From an uncultured Gemmatimonadaceae bacterium (GTDB lineage Bacteria; Gemmatimonadota; Gemmatimonadetes; Gemmatimonadales; Gemmatimonadaceae), in contig CAVXGK010000002.1 in NCBI GenBank assembly GCA_963761305.1, forward strand, positions 1,408,001 to 1,472,000: DNA of 64,000 nt, in the 5' to 3' direction. The stretch's first letter is position 1, and every line of letters starts with the position of its first letter. Positions 1 through 8,962 of this stretch are shown in pieces. The notes beneath the pieces were generated by a model, which saw only the letters and a program-made list of their open reading frames with translations, searched no databases and was not told where the DNA came from. Both the position numbers and the translations under genes were made by a program.

Positions 1-1
1 C

Positions 2-1120
2 GTCGTCATCACGACGTACGGAACGCTGCGTCGCGACGCCGCCGCGCTCGCGGCGATTCGGTTCGACTACGCGATCCTCGACGAGGCCCAGGCGATCAAG
101 AATCCCGACTCCGGAGCGGCCAAGGCGGCGCGGCTCCTCACCGCGAATCATCGCCTCGCGATGACGGGAACGCCGATCGAGAACCGCGTCGAAGAGCTCT
201 GGAGCCTGTTCGAGTTCTTGAATCCCGGGATGCTCGGGTCGGCGTCCGGGTTTTCCGAGCTCGTCCGGCTGACCGAGATGGACGACTCGCCCTCGGGGGG
301 GGGGCGGGCGGCGCCCTCGGCACCGCGCGACCTCCTCGCGCGGGCGCTTCGCCCCGTCATTCTGCGACGGACGAAGGAACAAGTCGCGCGGGACCTTCCG
401 CCGCGCACCGAGCAGACGTTGAAGGTCGTGCTCCAGGGAGAGCAGCGCGCCTTCTACGACGGCCTGCTCGCGTCATACCGTCACAGCCTTCTCGAGCAGG
501 TCGACCGCATGGGCATCGCGAAGGTCCGGATGCACGTGCTCGAGGCATTGCTGCGGCTGCGCCAGGCCGCTTGCCACGCGGCGCTCGTCGACCCGCGCAT
601 GATCGACGCGCCGAGCGCGAAGCTCGACGCTCTGTTCCCGCGGCTGGAAGAGATCACCGAGCAAGGCCACAAGGCGCTCGTGTTCTCGCAATTCACATCC
701 TTTCTCACGCTCGCTCGCGCTCGTCTGGACGCCGCCGGCATTCCATATGAGTACCTCGACGGGCAGGTGCGCGACCGGGAGGCGCGTGTCGATCGGTTCC
801 AGTCGGATCCGGCCTGTCCACTCTTTCTCATCAGCCTCAAGGCCGGCGGCCACGGCCTCAATCTCACGGCGGCGGACTACGTCTTTCTCCTCGATCCCTG
901 GTGGAATCCGGCGGTCGAGGCGCAGGCGATCGATCGCGCGCACCGGATCGGCCAGACGCGGAGCGTGCTCGCGACGCGGCTGGTGGCGCGCGATACCGTC
1001 GAGGAGAAGATCCTCGATCTCCAAGCGACGAAGCGCGCACTCGCGGACGCCATCCTGGGACGGGATCAGGGCGTGCTGGCGGGGATCGGCCGGGAAGAAT
1101 TGGAGGCGCTCCTCGCGTAG
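2..1120 (+). CDS. SNF2-family (DEAQ-box) helicase, 5'-truncated by window edge
   Basis: Frame is open from position 2 (VVITTYGTLRRD...ILDEAQAIKN). It contains TGTPIEN, VFSQFT, SLKAGGHGLNL and DPWWNPAVEAQAIDRAHRIGQ, the SNF2 motifs II-VI. Confidence 0.95.
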   Translation, partial: VVITTYGTLRRDAAALAAIRFDYAILDEAQAIKNPDSGAAKAARLLTANHRLAMTGTPIENRVEELWSLFEFLNPGMLGSASGFSELVRLTEMDDSPSGGGRAAPSAPRDLLARALRPVILRRTKEQVARDLPPRTEQTLKVVLQGEQRAFYDGLLASYRHSLLEQVDRMGIAKVRMHVLEALLRLRQAACHAALVDPRMIDAPSAKLDALFPRLEEITEQGHKALVFSQFTSFLTLARARLDAAGIPYEYLDGQVRDREARVDRFQSDPACPLFLISLKAGGHGLNLTAADYVFLLDPWWNPAVEAQAIDRAHRIGQTRSVLATRLVARDTVEEKILDLQATKRALADAILGRDQGVLAGIGREELEALLA

Positions 1121-1128
1121 ACTTCAGC

Positions 1129-1632
1129 ATGGATCAAGCAGACCGAAGCGGACATCGCGATCTAGGCATCACGCTCATCGCCGTGTTCAAGTTCGTGAAA
1201 GCATTGCTGCTCTTCACCATCGCCCTCGGCGCGGTCGGGCTGGTCCGCGGCGGAGTGCCGCACGCGTCGGAGCGGCTGCTGTCCATGCTTTCCTCCGGCA
1301 CCGAGCGGCGCGTCACGCAGGCCGCGCTCTCGCGCATCACGAGCATGGGTCCGACCCGCATCGCCGCCCTGGGCGTCGGCGCCTTTCTGTATGCGGCGCT
1401 CTTCCTCGTCGAGGGGACCGGTTTGTGGCTTCAGCGCCGATGGGCCGAGTATCTCACCGTTGTCGCAACGGCGTCATTCATTCCGTTCGAGATCTATGAG
1501 ATCGTGCGCCGCATCACGATCACGCGTATGGTGGCGCTGGTCCTGAACATCGCCATCCTCGTCTATCTGATCGTTCGGCTGCGCCGGCGCCGCACGATGT
1601 CGAGCCGCCGTTCGTCATCCCACGTCGGCTGA
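1129..1632 (+). CDS. DUF2127-like membrane protein
   Basis: ATG at 1129. LIAVFKFVKA...EGTGLWLQRRWAEYLTVVATASFIPFEIYE pattern with four hydrophobic helices. Confidence 0.8.
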   Translation: MDQADRSGHRDLGITLIAVFKFVKALLLFTIALGAVGLVRGGVPHASERLLSMLSSGTERRVTQAALSRITSMGPTRIAALGVGAFLYAALFLVEGTGLWLQRRWAEYLTVVATASFIPFEIYEIVRRITITRMVALVLNIAILVYLIVRLRRRRTMSSRRSSSHVG

Positions 1633-1831
1633 TCGCCGCCGACACGCGTCGCACGATCGAGCAGCTCACGCCGGGGGACGCGGCGCGGACCAGAGCGACG
1701 ACACACCGACGACGTGGACCCAAACCCATCGCGTATCAACGTCTTTCCTGCCAACAGTCCTGCCACGCGGCGGCCATCTCAGCGGCGGGTGCCACGTCAT
1801 GACTTCGTTCCGACTCCACGCCGGCGGCAAG

Positions 1832-2812
1832 CTACCGCCGAACGCGTGAAGCTGTCTTTACCTCTTGCTCCTTCGACTCGAATACGAGATGAATCGCCGC
1901 CGCTTCCGGGCACACGAGCACCGGAGTGTCACTCGACCGTAGCACCCCGCCCATGACACTCGTAAATGAGTAGCGAGACATCCCATGGCCGTGGGTCGAC
2001 ATCGCGATCGCGTCGACCCCATGGGTAGTCGCAAAATCGACGATCGTCTTCGCGACGTGGTCGCTGACCGAGACGTGGGCATCGACGGGCAAGACCTCTG
2101 CCTCACTCAGACGACGCGCCGCTTCGTTCAGCTCCGCCGAGCACGTCGCGGCGAGCTGGTTGGTGGCATCATCGTCGGGCATGTTCACCAAATACGCATC
2201 TGGAGCGAAGGGTTTTATCGGAAGACGAGGAGCGACGGGGCGTACGACCTGAAGCAAAGTCAGCGACGCGCCCGTTGCCTTCCCCATGTTTACCGCGCTG
2301 TCGACTGCCGCGCTGCCGGGGGACGACCCATCCGTTGCCACGAGGATGTGACGAAATCGCCGCTGGGGAACAATGCGCGCGGTTTGAACGCCGGATGGCC
2401 GCAGAATGAGCACGGGCACGGTTGCATGCCGGATGACCGCCTCCACAACGCTCCCGAACAACACTCGGCTGAGACCCTTTCGCCTATGCGACGTCATCAC
2501 AATCAGGTCCGCCGCCATCTCCTTTGCGCGGCGTATGATCATCTCCGCCGGCGCGCCGCGCAGAACTTGGTGGGTCACCGGGCCGTTGGCTCCGGATCGG
2601 AGCTCTGCGGCGACCGCCTCGAGATACGTACACCCGTCGTTGCGCGCAGCGTCCTTCGATGACTCATCCCTGTTTTCGTCGAACGCGCTTGGCCGGCGTA
2701 CGAGAACGAGATCCACCTCCGCGGCTGAGGTGCCGGCGATTGCCATCGCTTGCCCGATGGCCTGTTCCGCAATCGGAGATCGATCCAGCGGGACCAAAAT
2801 CCTCTTGAACAT
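1832..2812 (-). CDS. Universal stress protein (tandem USP domains)
   Basis: MFKRILVPLDRS, ADLIVMTSH...GSVVEAVIR, then a second domain FRHILVATDGS...IAMSTHG. Confidence 0.93.
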   Translation of the reverse strand: MFKRILVPLDRSPIAEQAIGQAMAIAGTSAAEVDLVLVRRPSAFDENRDESSKDAARNDGCTYLEAVAAELRSGANGPVTHQVLRGAPAEMIIRRAKEMAADLIVMTSHRRKGLSRVLFGSVVEAVIRHATVPVLILRPSGVQTARIVPQRRFRHILVATDGSSPGSAAVDSAVNMGKATGASLTLLQVVRPVAPRLPIKPFAPDAYLVNMPDDDATNQLAATCSAELNEAARRLSEAEVLPVDAHVSVSDHVAKTIVDFATTHGVDAIAMSTHGHGMSRYSFTSVMGGVLRSSDTPVLVCPEAAAIHLVFESKEQEVKTASRVRR

Positions 2813-2873
2813 GACTCGCCTCCGCGAAGTATCCGAACGATGGAGAAGGTGCGCGCGACCGCGGCGCCAGTCA

Positions 2874-2912
2874 GTCGGAAGACCCTCTCGCGGGACAGCG
2901 ACCTTCCCTGGC
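2874..2912. promoter_or_regulatory. Pair of weak 17-bp GTCRG-N7-CYGAC-like sites upstream of USP
   Basis: gtcggaagaccctctcg (2874) and cagcgaccttccctggc (2896), 22 bp apart; both are weak matches. Confidence 0.35.
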
Positions 2913-3020
2913 GTTGCGACCGGCCCGTCGCGGACAATGGGTGGCCGATTTCAGGATCGAGAGCATGCGACGGACGCGCCGACCGTCACGAACCGCCGCA
3001 TGTCCCGAATCCGCTGCTCT

Positions 3021-4289
3021 CTACGAGGTGAAGGTCAACAGCGTTTGCCCCACACCGTGCTCGATCCGAATCGCCAGATCTCGTCCGCCGTCATCTTGCA
3101 AAATGTCCACGGCCGAGGGACCGGCGATTCCTCGCGTGAGGTGGGGAACGCCCCGCCCTTCCTCGCCGAACATTAGAGTCACGCGTTGATCGTGCGGATC
3201 GTACGTCGCGCCGCGCAGGGGATAGTCGAATTCCTCCGCTTGCGCTCCAATATCGGGATCGTCCACCTCGAGCGTGCCCCGACGACCAATGTTCCGCCGA
3301 GTGAAGGCGTCGAGCTGCGCCGACCAGTCGGAGTGAGGAAGGGAACGGACCGCCGCCGGCTCGAATCTGACACCGGCCTGCGTCACCACCGCCAAACGCG
3401 GGATCGTGAGCACGCTGCACGTCGAGGCACGTACGATGCGAGTCGCCACGCTACCAATGAGCATTCGTCCCATGAAGCCGTGACCGTGGCTTCCGGTCGC
3501 AATCAGGTCGGCGCCGACGCTCGTGGCAAAGGCGAGCAACTCCGTCGCGGCGTCGCCTTGCAGAAGGACGTTCTGGACGATCGTCCCCGGCGGAATTCGA
3601 AGCTGCTCGCGCGTCCGTTGGAGAGCATCAGCCGCGCCCACCTTGTACGTCGTGCTCCAGCTCTTCCAATCGTAGAGTGAGTTGTCGCGTGGAACGACGT
3701 GCACCAAGAAGAGCGTCGCGTCATTCGCGGCGAGGGTGAGAGCCATGCGGGCCGCCCGCAGGCTGGTTTCGCTGAAGTCCAGGGCGATGACGATCCGCCG
3801 TGGCGCGCGCGACGTTCCTGGCGCGGTCGCCAGGACCGGAACGTCGGCCGCGCGGATCAAACGAAGCGCCGTTTCGTCGCTGAAGATCCGGTCGGCGACC
3901 CGGTGCCGCCCGAGGCCGGAGACGATCATCGTCGCACCGGCACGATGCGCTATCCGCGCGATCACCGTGGCCGGATCTCCCTCGTGGACTTCGACGTCCG
4001 GCGCGTCGTCCCAGAGCCGGCTGGCCTGCTCGGCCGCGTCGCGCTTCGCCTCGTCGATCTTGGCATTTTCGACCTCGAGCGGTATCGGGATCGGGATGTC
4101 GGGCACCATGGGCACCGGTTTCAGCACGGTGATCAGGCGCACCGCCGCGTTGGATTCGGCCAAGAGGCGTCCCATCACCAGCGCCGAATCAGATTGCTCG
4201 CGTCCGTCCGTGGCAATGATGATCGGCGCGGCGACACTCGCGCGCACTCCGATTTCCGGCACTGCTGAGGCAATGTTCAGCGCATCCAT
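3021..4289 (-). CDS. Tandem USP protein with C-terminal DUF5335-like domain
   Basis: RBS gaggagg before ATG at 4289. Two USP domains (IIIATDG; IVIALDFS...GSHG...GSVATRIVR). C-terminal WSAQLDAFTRRN...LEVDDPDIGAQ...PLRGATYD. Confidence 0.88.
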   Translation of the reverse strand: MDALNIASAVPEIGVRASVAAPIIIATDGREQSDSALVMGRLLAESNAAVRLITVLKPVPMVPDIPIPIPLEVENAKIDEAKRDAAEQASRLWDDAPDVEVHEGDPATVIARIAHRAGATMIVSGLGRHRVADRIFSDETALRLIRAADVPVLATAPGTSRAPRRIVIALDFSETSLRAARMALTLAANDATLFLVHVVPRDNSLYDWKSWSTTYKVGAADALQRTREQLRIPPGTIVQNVLLQGDAATELLAFATSVGADLIATGSHGHGFMGRMLIGSVATRIVRASTCSVLTIPRLAVVTQAGVRFEPAAVRSLPHSDWSAQLDAFTRRNIGRRGTLEVDDPDIGAQAEEFDYPLRGATYDPHDQRVTLMFGEEGRGVPHLTRGIAGPSAVDILQDDGGRDLAIRIEHGVGQTLLTFTS

Positions 4290-4371
4290 GGGCTCCTCCT
4301 CGATCAGACCGGTCGACGTCCATTCGTCGCGGTTCGTGGGAGAAAGGTGCCGGTTTGAGCGCGGTACCACC

Positions 4372-4410
4372 GTCGGCGTTCGCCCGAAAGCTTGTCGGGC
4401 ATTCTACCGA
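4372..4410. promoter_or_regulatory. Tandem 17-bp palindromic sites upstream of USP-DUF5335
   Basis: gtcggcgttcgcccgaa (4372) and gtcgggcattctaccga (4394), 22 bp apart. Confidence 0.55.
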
Positions 4411-4547
4411 AAGCGCCCTGTCCGAACGGGGAGCCGGTCCGACAGTTCGGCTATCGTCTGGCTGCGCGCCCTATGATCTCGTCGGCGTGAATGCGGAAGA
4501 GCACCTGTCGGTGCGGCGTCGCGTCAACCGACGTGAGCGCGTGCTCG

Positions 4548-4887
4548 TACCTCGTTCGCGTGCACGTCGTGATTCACGATACGCTGATCGAGGTCTCGAA
4601 GGGCGTTCATTATCGGGCCTGGAGCTTCGAGGGGCGCGTGCCCGGTCCGCGCAGCACAGTACTCGACGCATCCGATCAGCGTGAAGGTGAACGAGCTGTT
4701 GCGTCTCTACGTCGTCAACGCGGGTCCGAACCGGTTCTCTGCGTTCCATGTGGTCGGCGGCATCTTTGAGCGCGTGTTCGTCGACGGCTCGCAGGCGAGT
4801 CCGCTGGTAGGAGTTCAGACGGTGAGCGTGCCCGTCGGAGGCGGTTCGATCTTCGAGATTCGGCTCAAACAGGCTGGCGAATATCCG
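4548..4887 (+). pseudogene. nirK: Copper nitrite reductase (NirK-like multicopper oxidase) remnant, two out-of-frame fragments
   Basis: Fragment 1 IEVSKGVHYRAWSFEGRVPGP (4548-4649). Fragment 2 QYSTHPISVKVNELLRLYVVNAGPNRFSAFHVVGGIFERV...GVQTVSVPVGGGSIFE...AGEYP (about 4657-4887). The intervening copper-ligand region and both termini are missing. Confidence 0.7.
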
Positions 4888-4888
4888 C

Positions 4889-5061
4889 GTTACGACTGGC
4901 TCGCGGTAATCGCCCGCGTGCGCCACGACGGTATCGCCGTCGTGCGACGCCGAAACGGCGGCGCCGCTCGCGCCATTTGCGTTTCCCGGCAAGACATCGA
5001 AGCGCTGTTACGCGCCGACGGTCGCCGTCACGATCAGGCACAACAGGGCGACGACTCTCAT
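4889..5061 (-). pseudogene. nosD: NosD-like N-terminal remnant with internal stop
   Basis: ATG at 5061 overlaps the nosL stop (ATGA). Reads MRVVALLCLIVTATVGA*QRFDVLPG...AVSASHDGDTVVAHAGDYREPVV, then abuts the nirK fragment. Confidence 0.55.
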
Positions 5062-5525
5062 CGGATGTCGCTCCACCGCTTGATGTCGCCCGCGTCGATG
5101 ACGCCGAGTGCGGCGGCGTCGCGTGCGGACGCGACCGCCGCCCATGCGCGCCCCATCGGCGCGCGGTCTTCTCCGAGATCGATGAACCGAGCCGACGTCG
5201 CGTCGAACATGACGCCGGGATGACGGACATCCGACACCCACACCGACGCGACGGCCGCCGATGCCTGCCGATAGTAGGCCAGGAGGCATTCGATCGAGTC
5301 GAACTTCACCGTTCGGCCGTGCACGGTCACGATCGCCGCGGCGAACCGATTGTCGCCGATCAGCATTCGGCAAAAGCTGCAGACATCGACGCCCAAGGCG
5401 ATGTCATCGGGCCGGCCAGGTGCGCACGCGACGACGAGCGAAAGCACCGCCGGACGGATCGCCATCCATCGGCGTCCGACGGCTGCGGTCGTCAGAATCG
5501 TCGACCGATGGCGCAAAGTCGACAT
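5058..5525 (-). CDS. nosL: Nitrous oxide reductase accessory copper chaperone NosL-like lipoprotein
   Basis: Lipobox-like VVAC; DVCSFCRMLIGDNRFAAAIVTVHGRTVKFDSIECL and APMG motifs. Start uncertain (5525 has a ggag RBS). Confidence 0.8.
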   Translation of the reverse strand: MSTLRHRSTILTTAAVGRRWMAIRPAVLSLVVACAPGRPDDIALGVDVCSFCRMLIGDNRFAAAIVTVHGRTVKFDSIECLLAYYRQASAAVASVWVSDVRHPGVMFDATSARFIDLGEDRAPMGRAWAAVASARDAAALGVIDAGDIKRWSDIR

Positions 5526-5634
5526 AGGTGCGTTCTCCAGAAGTGAGAAGTGCAACGATCTCATCGAGGTGCGAATTGCACTCAAGATGTCGTAAGCCGG
5601 GGATCGGGTCCGTCCGATAAGAGACTGATTCGGC

Positions 5635-5673
5635 GTGCGATAACCCCCGACGCCTGGTCGGGGATCCGGCGAC
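5635..5673. promoter_or_regulatory. Tandem 17-bp palindromic sites between nosL and the rrf2 remnant
   Basis: gtgcgataacccccgac (5635) and gtcggggatccggcgac (5657), 22 bp apart. Confidence 0.55.
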
Positions 5674-5729
5674 GGCGCCGACCGGCCGCCGCGCGCACCT
5701 TTGGCCAATGCATTGTCAGTCGATTCGGT

Positions 5730-5873
5730 ATGGAGGAGCGCGCGCTCTCGACGACCGCTGATCACGTGCTACGAGCCGTATTATTCCTAGCCCGGAAGCC
5801 TAACGACGAGGTCACCTCGGCCGCCGACGTGGCTCACGCCATCGGCGCTCCGCGCGACTTGCTCAGCGTCTAG
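5730..5873 (+). pseudogene. Rrf2-family regulator N-terminal fragment
   Basis: LSTTADHVLRAVLFLAR...SAADVAHAIGAPRDLLS* matches an Rrf2 N-terminus and stops within the HTH. RBS ggagg is followed by GCG at 5742 where a GTG start would be expected. Confidence 0.65.
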
Positions 5874-5916
5874 TTGGCGGAGCGACCTTAGGCCGCCAAG
5901 CGTACCGGTCCCGCGG

Positions 5917-6162
5917 TCAGCGCAGGAACGTCAGGGCGACGAGGGGCACAAGATTGAACAGCAGGATTCCGATCTTGTAAACGCTCATCCCGGCGTAGTG
6001 GATAGCGTCGAACTGTTCGCGCGAGAGGTGAAACCACCGGCTGTGCATTCGATACAGCCAGTCACCCGCGAAAACGAACGCCAGGAACCACACGATCAGT
6101 ACGGCGTAGTCGAAGACCGTGCACCAGAGCAGGAACGTGCGGGTGAGCTCGAACGTCATCAT
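5917..6162 (-). CDS. DUF6868-like small membrane protein
   Basis: FLLWCTVFDYAVLIVWF...HSRWFHLSREQFDAIHYAGMSVYKIGILLFNLVP pattern; ggagg RBS. Confidence 0.75.
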   Translation of the reverse strand: MMTFELTRTFLLWCTVFDYAVLIVWFLAFVFAGDWLYRMHSRWFHLSREQFDAIHYAGMSVYKIGILLFNLVPLVALTFLR

Positions 6163-6171
6163 GTCCTCCCG

Positions 6172-8079
6172 TTATGCCGCGCGGCGCGGAGCGACGCCCT
6201 GGGCCGCCGGCGGATTGCGAGGCATCGAGCGCGCGTCGTCACCGGGCCGGCCCGCAAGCGGCGGAGCCGACGTTCTCAGCGCGTTGAGAATCACCGCGAC
6301 GTCGATCACTTCCTGAAGCACGGCGCCGGTGATCGGCGCCAGTCGGCCGAACGCCGCCACGAGCATCGCGACACCGCTCAAGCCCAGTCCGACGCGGATG
6401 CTTTGCCGCGCAATGCGCATGGTACGATCGGCGATCGACTTCGTTTCGCCGACGCGACCCAGCGCGTCGACCAGCACGATGACATCGGCCGCTTCGGCGG
6501 CGATCCCACCACCGTGCGACGCGAGGGCGACGCCGACGTCGGCGGTGGACAAGGCCGGCGCGTCGTTGACGCCGTCGCCGATCATCATCACGACGCCGCC
6601 TTCGGCTTGCATCCGCTCGATGAATCGCGCCTTGTCGTCGGGCATCAGATCGCCGTACGTCTCCTCGATCCCCACGCGGGCCGCAATTTCCCGGGCGATC
6701 GGAGCGTGGTCGCCGGACAGAAGAGCGAATCGTCGGATCCCCAAGTCTTTGAGCTCGTGCAGCAGTTGCGGCAGGTCGGGCCGCAGCTGGTCGGCGTACT
6801 CGAGCACCGCGGCGAGACGCTCGTCGATCGAGACGTACGCGCGCAGCGTGGCTCCGTGTCGTTCGAGCCGAGCGGCCGTGAGCACACTCCCCTCGCAGGG
6901 CGGAATGACGAATGAACGAGCGCCGACCCGCACGTAGTGGCCATCGACGACGCCGGCGATGCCCTGCCCCGGAGTCTCGAGTGCGCCGGTCGTGTCGGGA
7001 ATCGAGAGCCGCTGTTGCCGCACCGCCTCGACGAGCACGCGTGCGAGTAAATGACTGGAGCGTTGCTCGATCGCTGCGGCATAGGCCAGCACCGTCGAGC
7101 GATCGAAGCCGGCGTCCACCGCGACGCGCTCGAGCAGCGGCGTGCCTACCGTAAGGGTACCCGTCTTGTCGAAGACGGCCACGTTCACCTGGCTCAGCGC
7201 TTCGAGCGCTCCCCCGTGGCGGATGATCACGAAGCGGCGCGCGGCCCGATTGATCCCGCCGATGATCGCCACCGGCGTCGCAAGGATGAGGGGACACGGC
7301 GTGGCCACGACGAGAATCGCCAGCGCGCGCATCCAATCATGCGTGAAGCCGACCGCGATGCCGCACAGGGCGATCGTTATCGGTGTGAACCACACGGCGT
7401 AGCGGTCGGCGACACGTTGAATCGGTGCCTTGCTCGCCTGTGCGCCCCGCACCAGTTCGACGATCTTCGCGTACTGACTCTGCTCCGCGGCCGCGCCGAC
7501 CGACATGCGGAACGATCCGAATCCGTTGGCCATGCCACTCATGACGCGCGTGCCGCGCGTCGCTCGCACCGGCACGGGCTCACCGGTCAGCGACGAGCTG
7601 TCGAGCTCCGACTCACCATCCAGCACGACCCCATCGCACGGAATCAGATCGCCGGGACGAATCAGCAGCGTGTCGCCGACGTGCACGGCCGACGCGGGAA
7701 CGTCCTCGACGTCAAGACCACGAACGCGCCGCGCCATGCGTGGCGCCGCGGCCTCGAGCGCGCGAACCGCCGCCGACGCGCGACCTTCGGCATAACGCTC
7801 GAGCGCCTCCCCACCCGCCTGCATGAGGACGATGACGAGCCCGGCCAACGGCTGTCCGAGCGCGACGGCGCCGATGATGGAGAGCGAGGCGACGATGTCG
7901 GTCGCGAGACGGCCGTGGGCGACTGCCCGCAGCGTGCGAAAGACGAGCGGCGCCCCCATCACGACCACGCCGGCCATCCACACGTCCCGCGCCCACATCG
8001 CGTGATGGAGCAGTGCCAACGCGCCGCCTACCGCGAGGAAACTCAGCGTCAAGCCGAGGGAGACCAGTCGGGTGCGCAT
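6172..8079 (-). CDS. Heavy-metal P1B-type ATPase, P1B-5 subgroup
   Basis: LTGE, TPCP, DKTGT, GDGVNDAP motifs. QSIRVGLGLSGVAM and PITGAVLQEVIDVAVILN fit the P1B-5 transmembrane signatures. Confidence 0.92.
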   Translation of the reverse strand: MRTRLVSLGLTLSFLAVGGALALLHHAMWARDVWMAGVVVMGAPLVFRTLRAVAHGRLATDIVASLSIIGAVALGQPLAGLVIVLMQAGGEALERYAEGRASAAVRALEAAAPRMARRVRGLDVEDVPASAVHVGDTLLIRPGDLIPCDGVVLDGESELDSSSLTGEPVPVRATRGTRVMSGMANGFGSFRMSVGAAAEQSQYAKIVELVRGAQASKAPIQRVADRYAVWFTPITIALCGIAVGFTHDWMRALAILVVATPCPLILATPVAIIGGINRAARRFVIIRHGGALEALSQVNVAVFDKTGTLTVGTPLLERVAVDAGFDRSTVLAYAAAIEQRSSHLLARVLVEAVRQQRLSIPDTTGALETPGQGIAGVVDGHYVRVGARSFVIPPCEGSVLTAARLERHGATLRAYVSIDERLAAVLEYADQLRPDLPQLLHELKDLGIRRFALLSGDHAPIAREIAARVGIEETYGDLMPDDKARFIERMQAEGGVVMMIGDGVNDAPALSTADVGVALASHGGGIAAEAADVIVLVDALGRVGETKSIADRTMRIARQSIRVGLGLSGVAMLVAAFGRLAPITGAVLQEVIDVAVILNALRTSAPPLAGRPGDDARSMPRNPPAAQGVAPRRAA

Positions 8080-8095
8080 GGATTGAGTCCGTGAT

Positions 8096-8950
8096 TTATG
8101 CGTTGCGAAGTGTGGCGAGCGCGGGGGCGGCATCCGACCTGCGCAAACGAGACAGGGCCCGGTCCTTGATCTGACGGGCCCGCTCGCGCGTCACATGTAG
8201 TCGTTGACCAATGCTTTCGAGCGTCATCGGATCGCCTCCGTCAAACCCGAAGTAAAGTCGTACCACCGTCGCCTCGCGCTCCCGAAGCTGGCCCAGCGCG
8301 GCCTCGACCGACTCGGCAAGGTTGCCATCCGCGGCCTCTCGATCGGGTGGATCGGCGGACTCGTCGGGCAGGTACTCGATCAGGCGCGCGTCGTCGCCCA
8401 AGGGTGCATCCAGCGAGATGGGAGATCGAGCGATGCGCATCGTCATGGCCGCCTCGGCCTCGGTGATGCCTGCTCCCTGAATGAGCTCGATCTGCGTCGG
8501 CTCGCGGCCCAGCTCCTTGCGCAAGGCGTCGGCGTGCCGTCCGATTTGGCGCATCGCGCTGAATCGCGTCATTGGAACACTGACCGCGTGTCCGTACTCG
8601 GCGATGGCTTGTGCGATTGCCTGGCGAACCCACCAGATCGCATACGAGATGAATCGCACGCCGCGCGTCTCGTCGAATCGGTGCGCGGCGCGGATCAATC
8701 CGAGGTTCCCCTCGTCGATCAAGTCCGAGAGCGGAACCCCGTGATGCTGGTACTTCTTGGCGACGGAGACGACGAACCTCAAGTTCGCACACACGAGGCG
8801 ATCGATCGCGCGCCTGTCGCCGCCTCGCGCCAGGTGTGCGAGCTTGGCTTCATCAGGGGCGTTGAGGAGTGGGAATGAGCCAATCTCCCGCAGATAGGTG
8901 GCGAGCGAATCCCCAACCGAATCACGACGTCGCCGAGCGATGGTAGACAT
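8096..8950 (-). CDS. Alternative RpoD/SigA-like sigma-70 factor (no region 1.1)
   Basis: YLREIG, ANLRFVVSVAKKY, EGNLGLIRAAHRFDETRGVRFISYAIWWVRQAI, TLESIG...VTRERARQI. Confidence 0.93.
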   Translation of the reverse strand: MSTIARRRRDSVGDSLATYLREIGSFPLLNAPDEAKLAHLARGGDRRAIDRLVCANLRFVVSVAKKYQHHGVPLSDLIDEGNLGLIRAAHRFDETRGVRFISYAIWWVRQAIAQAIAEYGHAVSVPMTRFSAMRQIGRHADALRKELGREPTQIELIQGAGITEAEAAMTMRIARSPISLDAPLGDDARLIEYLPDESADPPDREAADGNLAESVEAALGQLREREATVVRLYFGFDGGDPMTLESIGQRLHVTRERARQIKDRALSRLRRSDAAPALATLRNA

Positions 8951-8962
8951 GGGACCAGGTGT

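Noticed and set aside
2..1120. SNF2 helicase as part of an anti-phage defence system
   Set aside because: No methylase, nuclease or other defence partner follows it, and the upstream context is outside the window.
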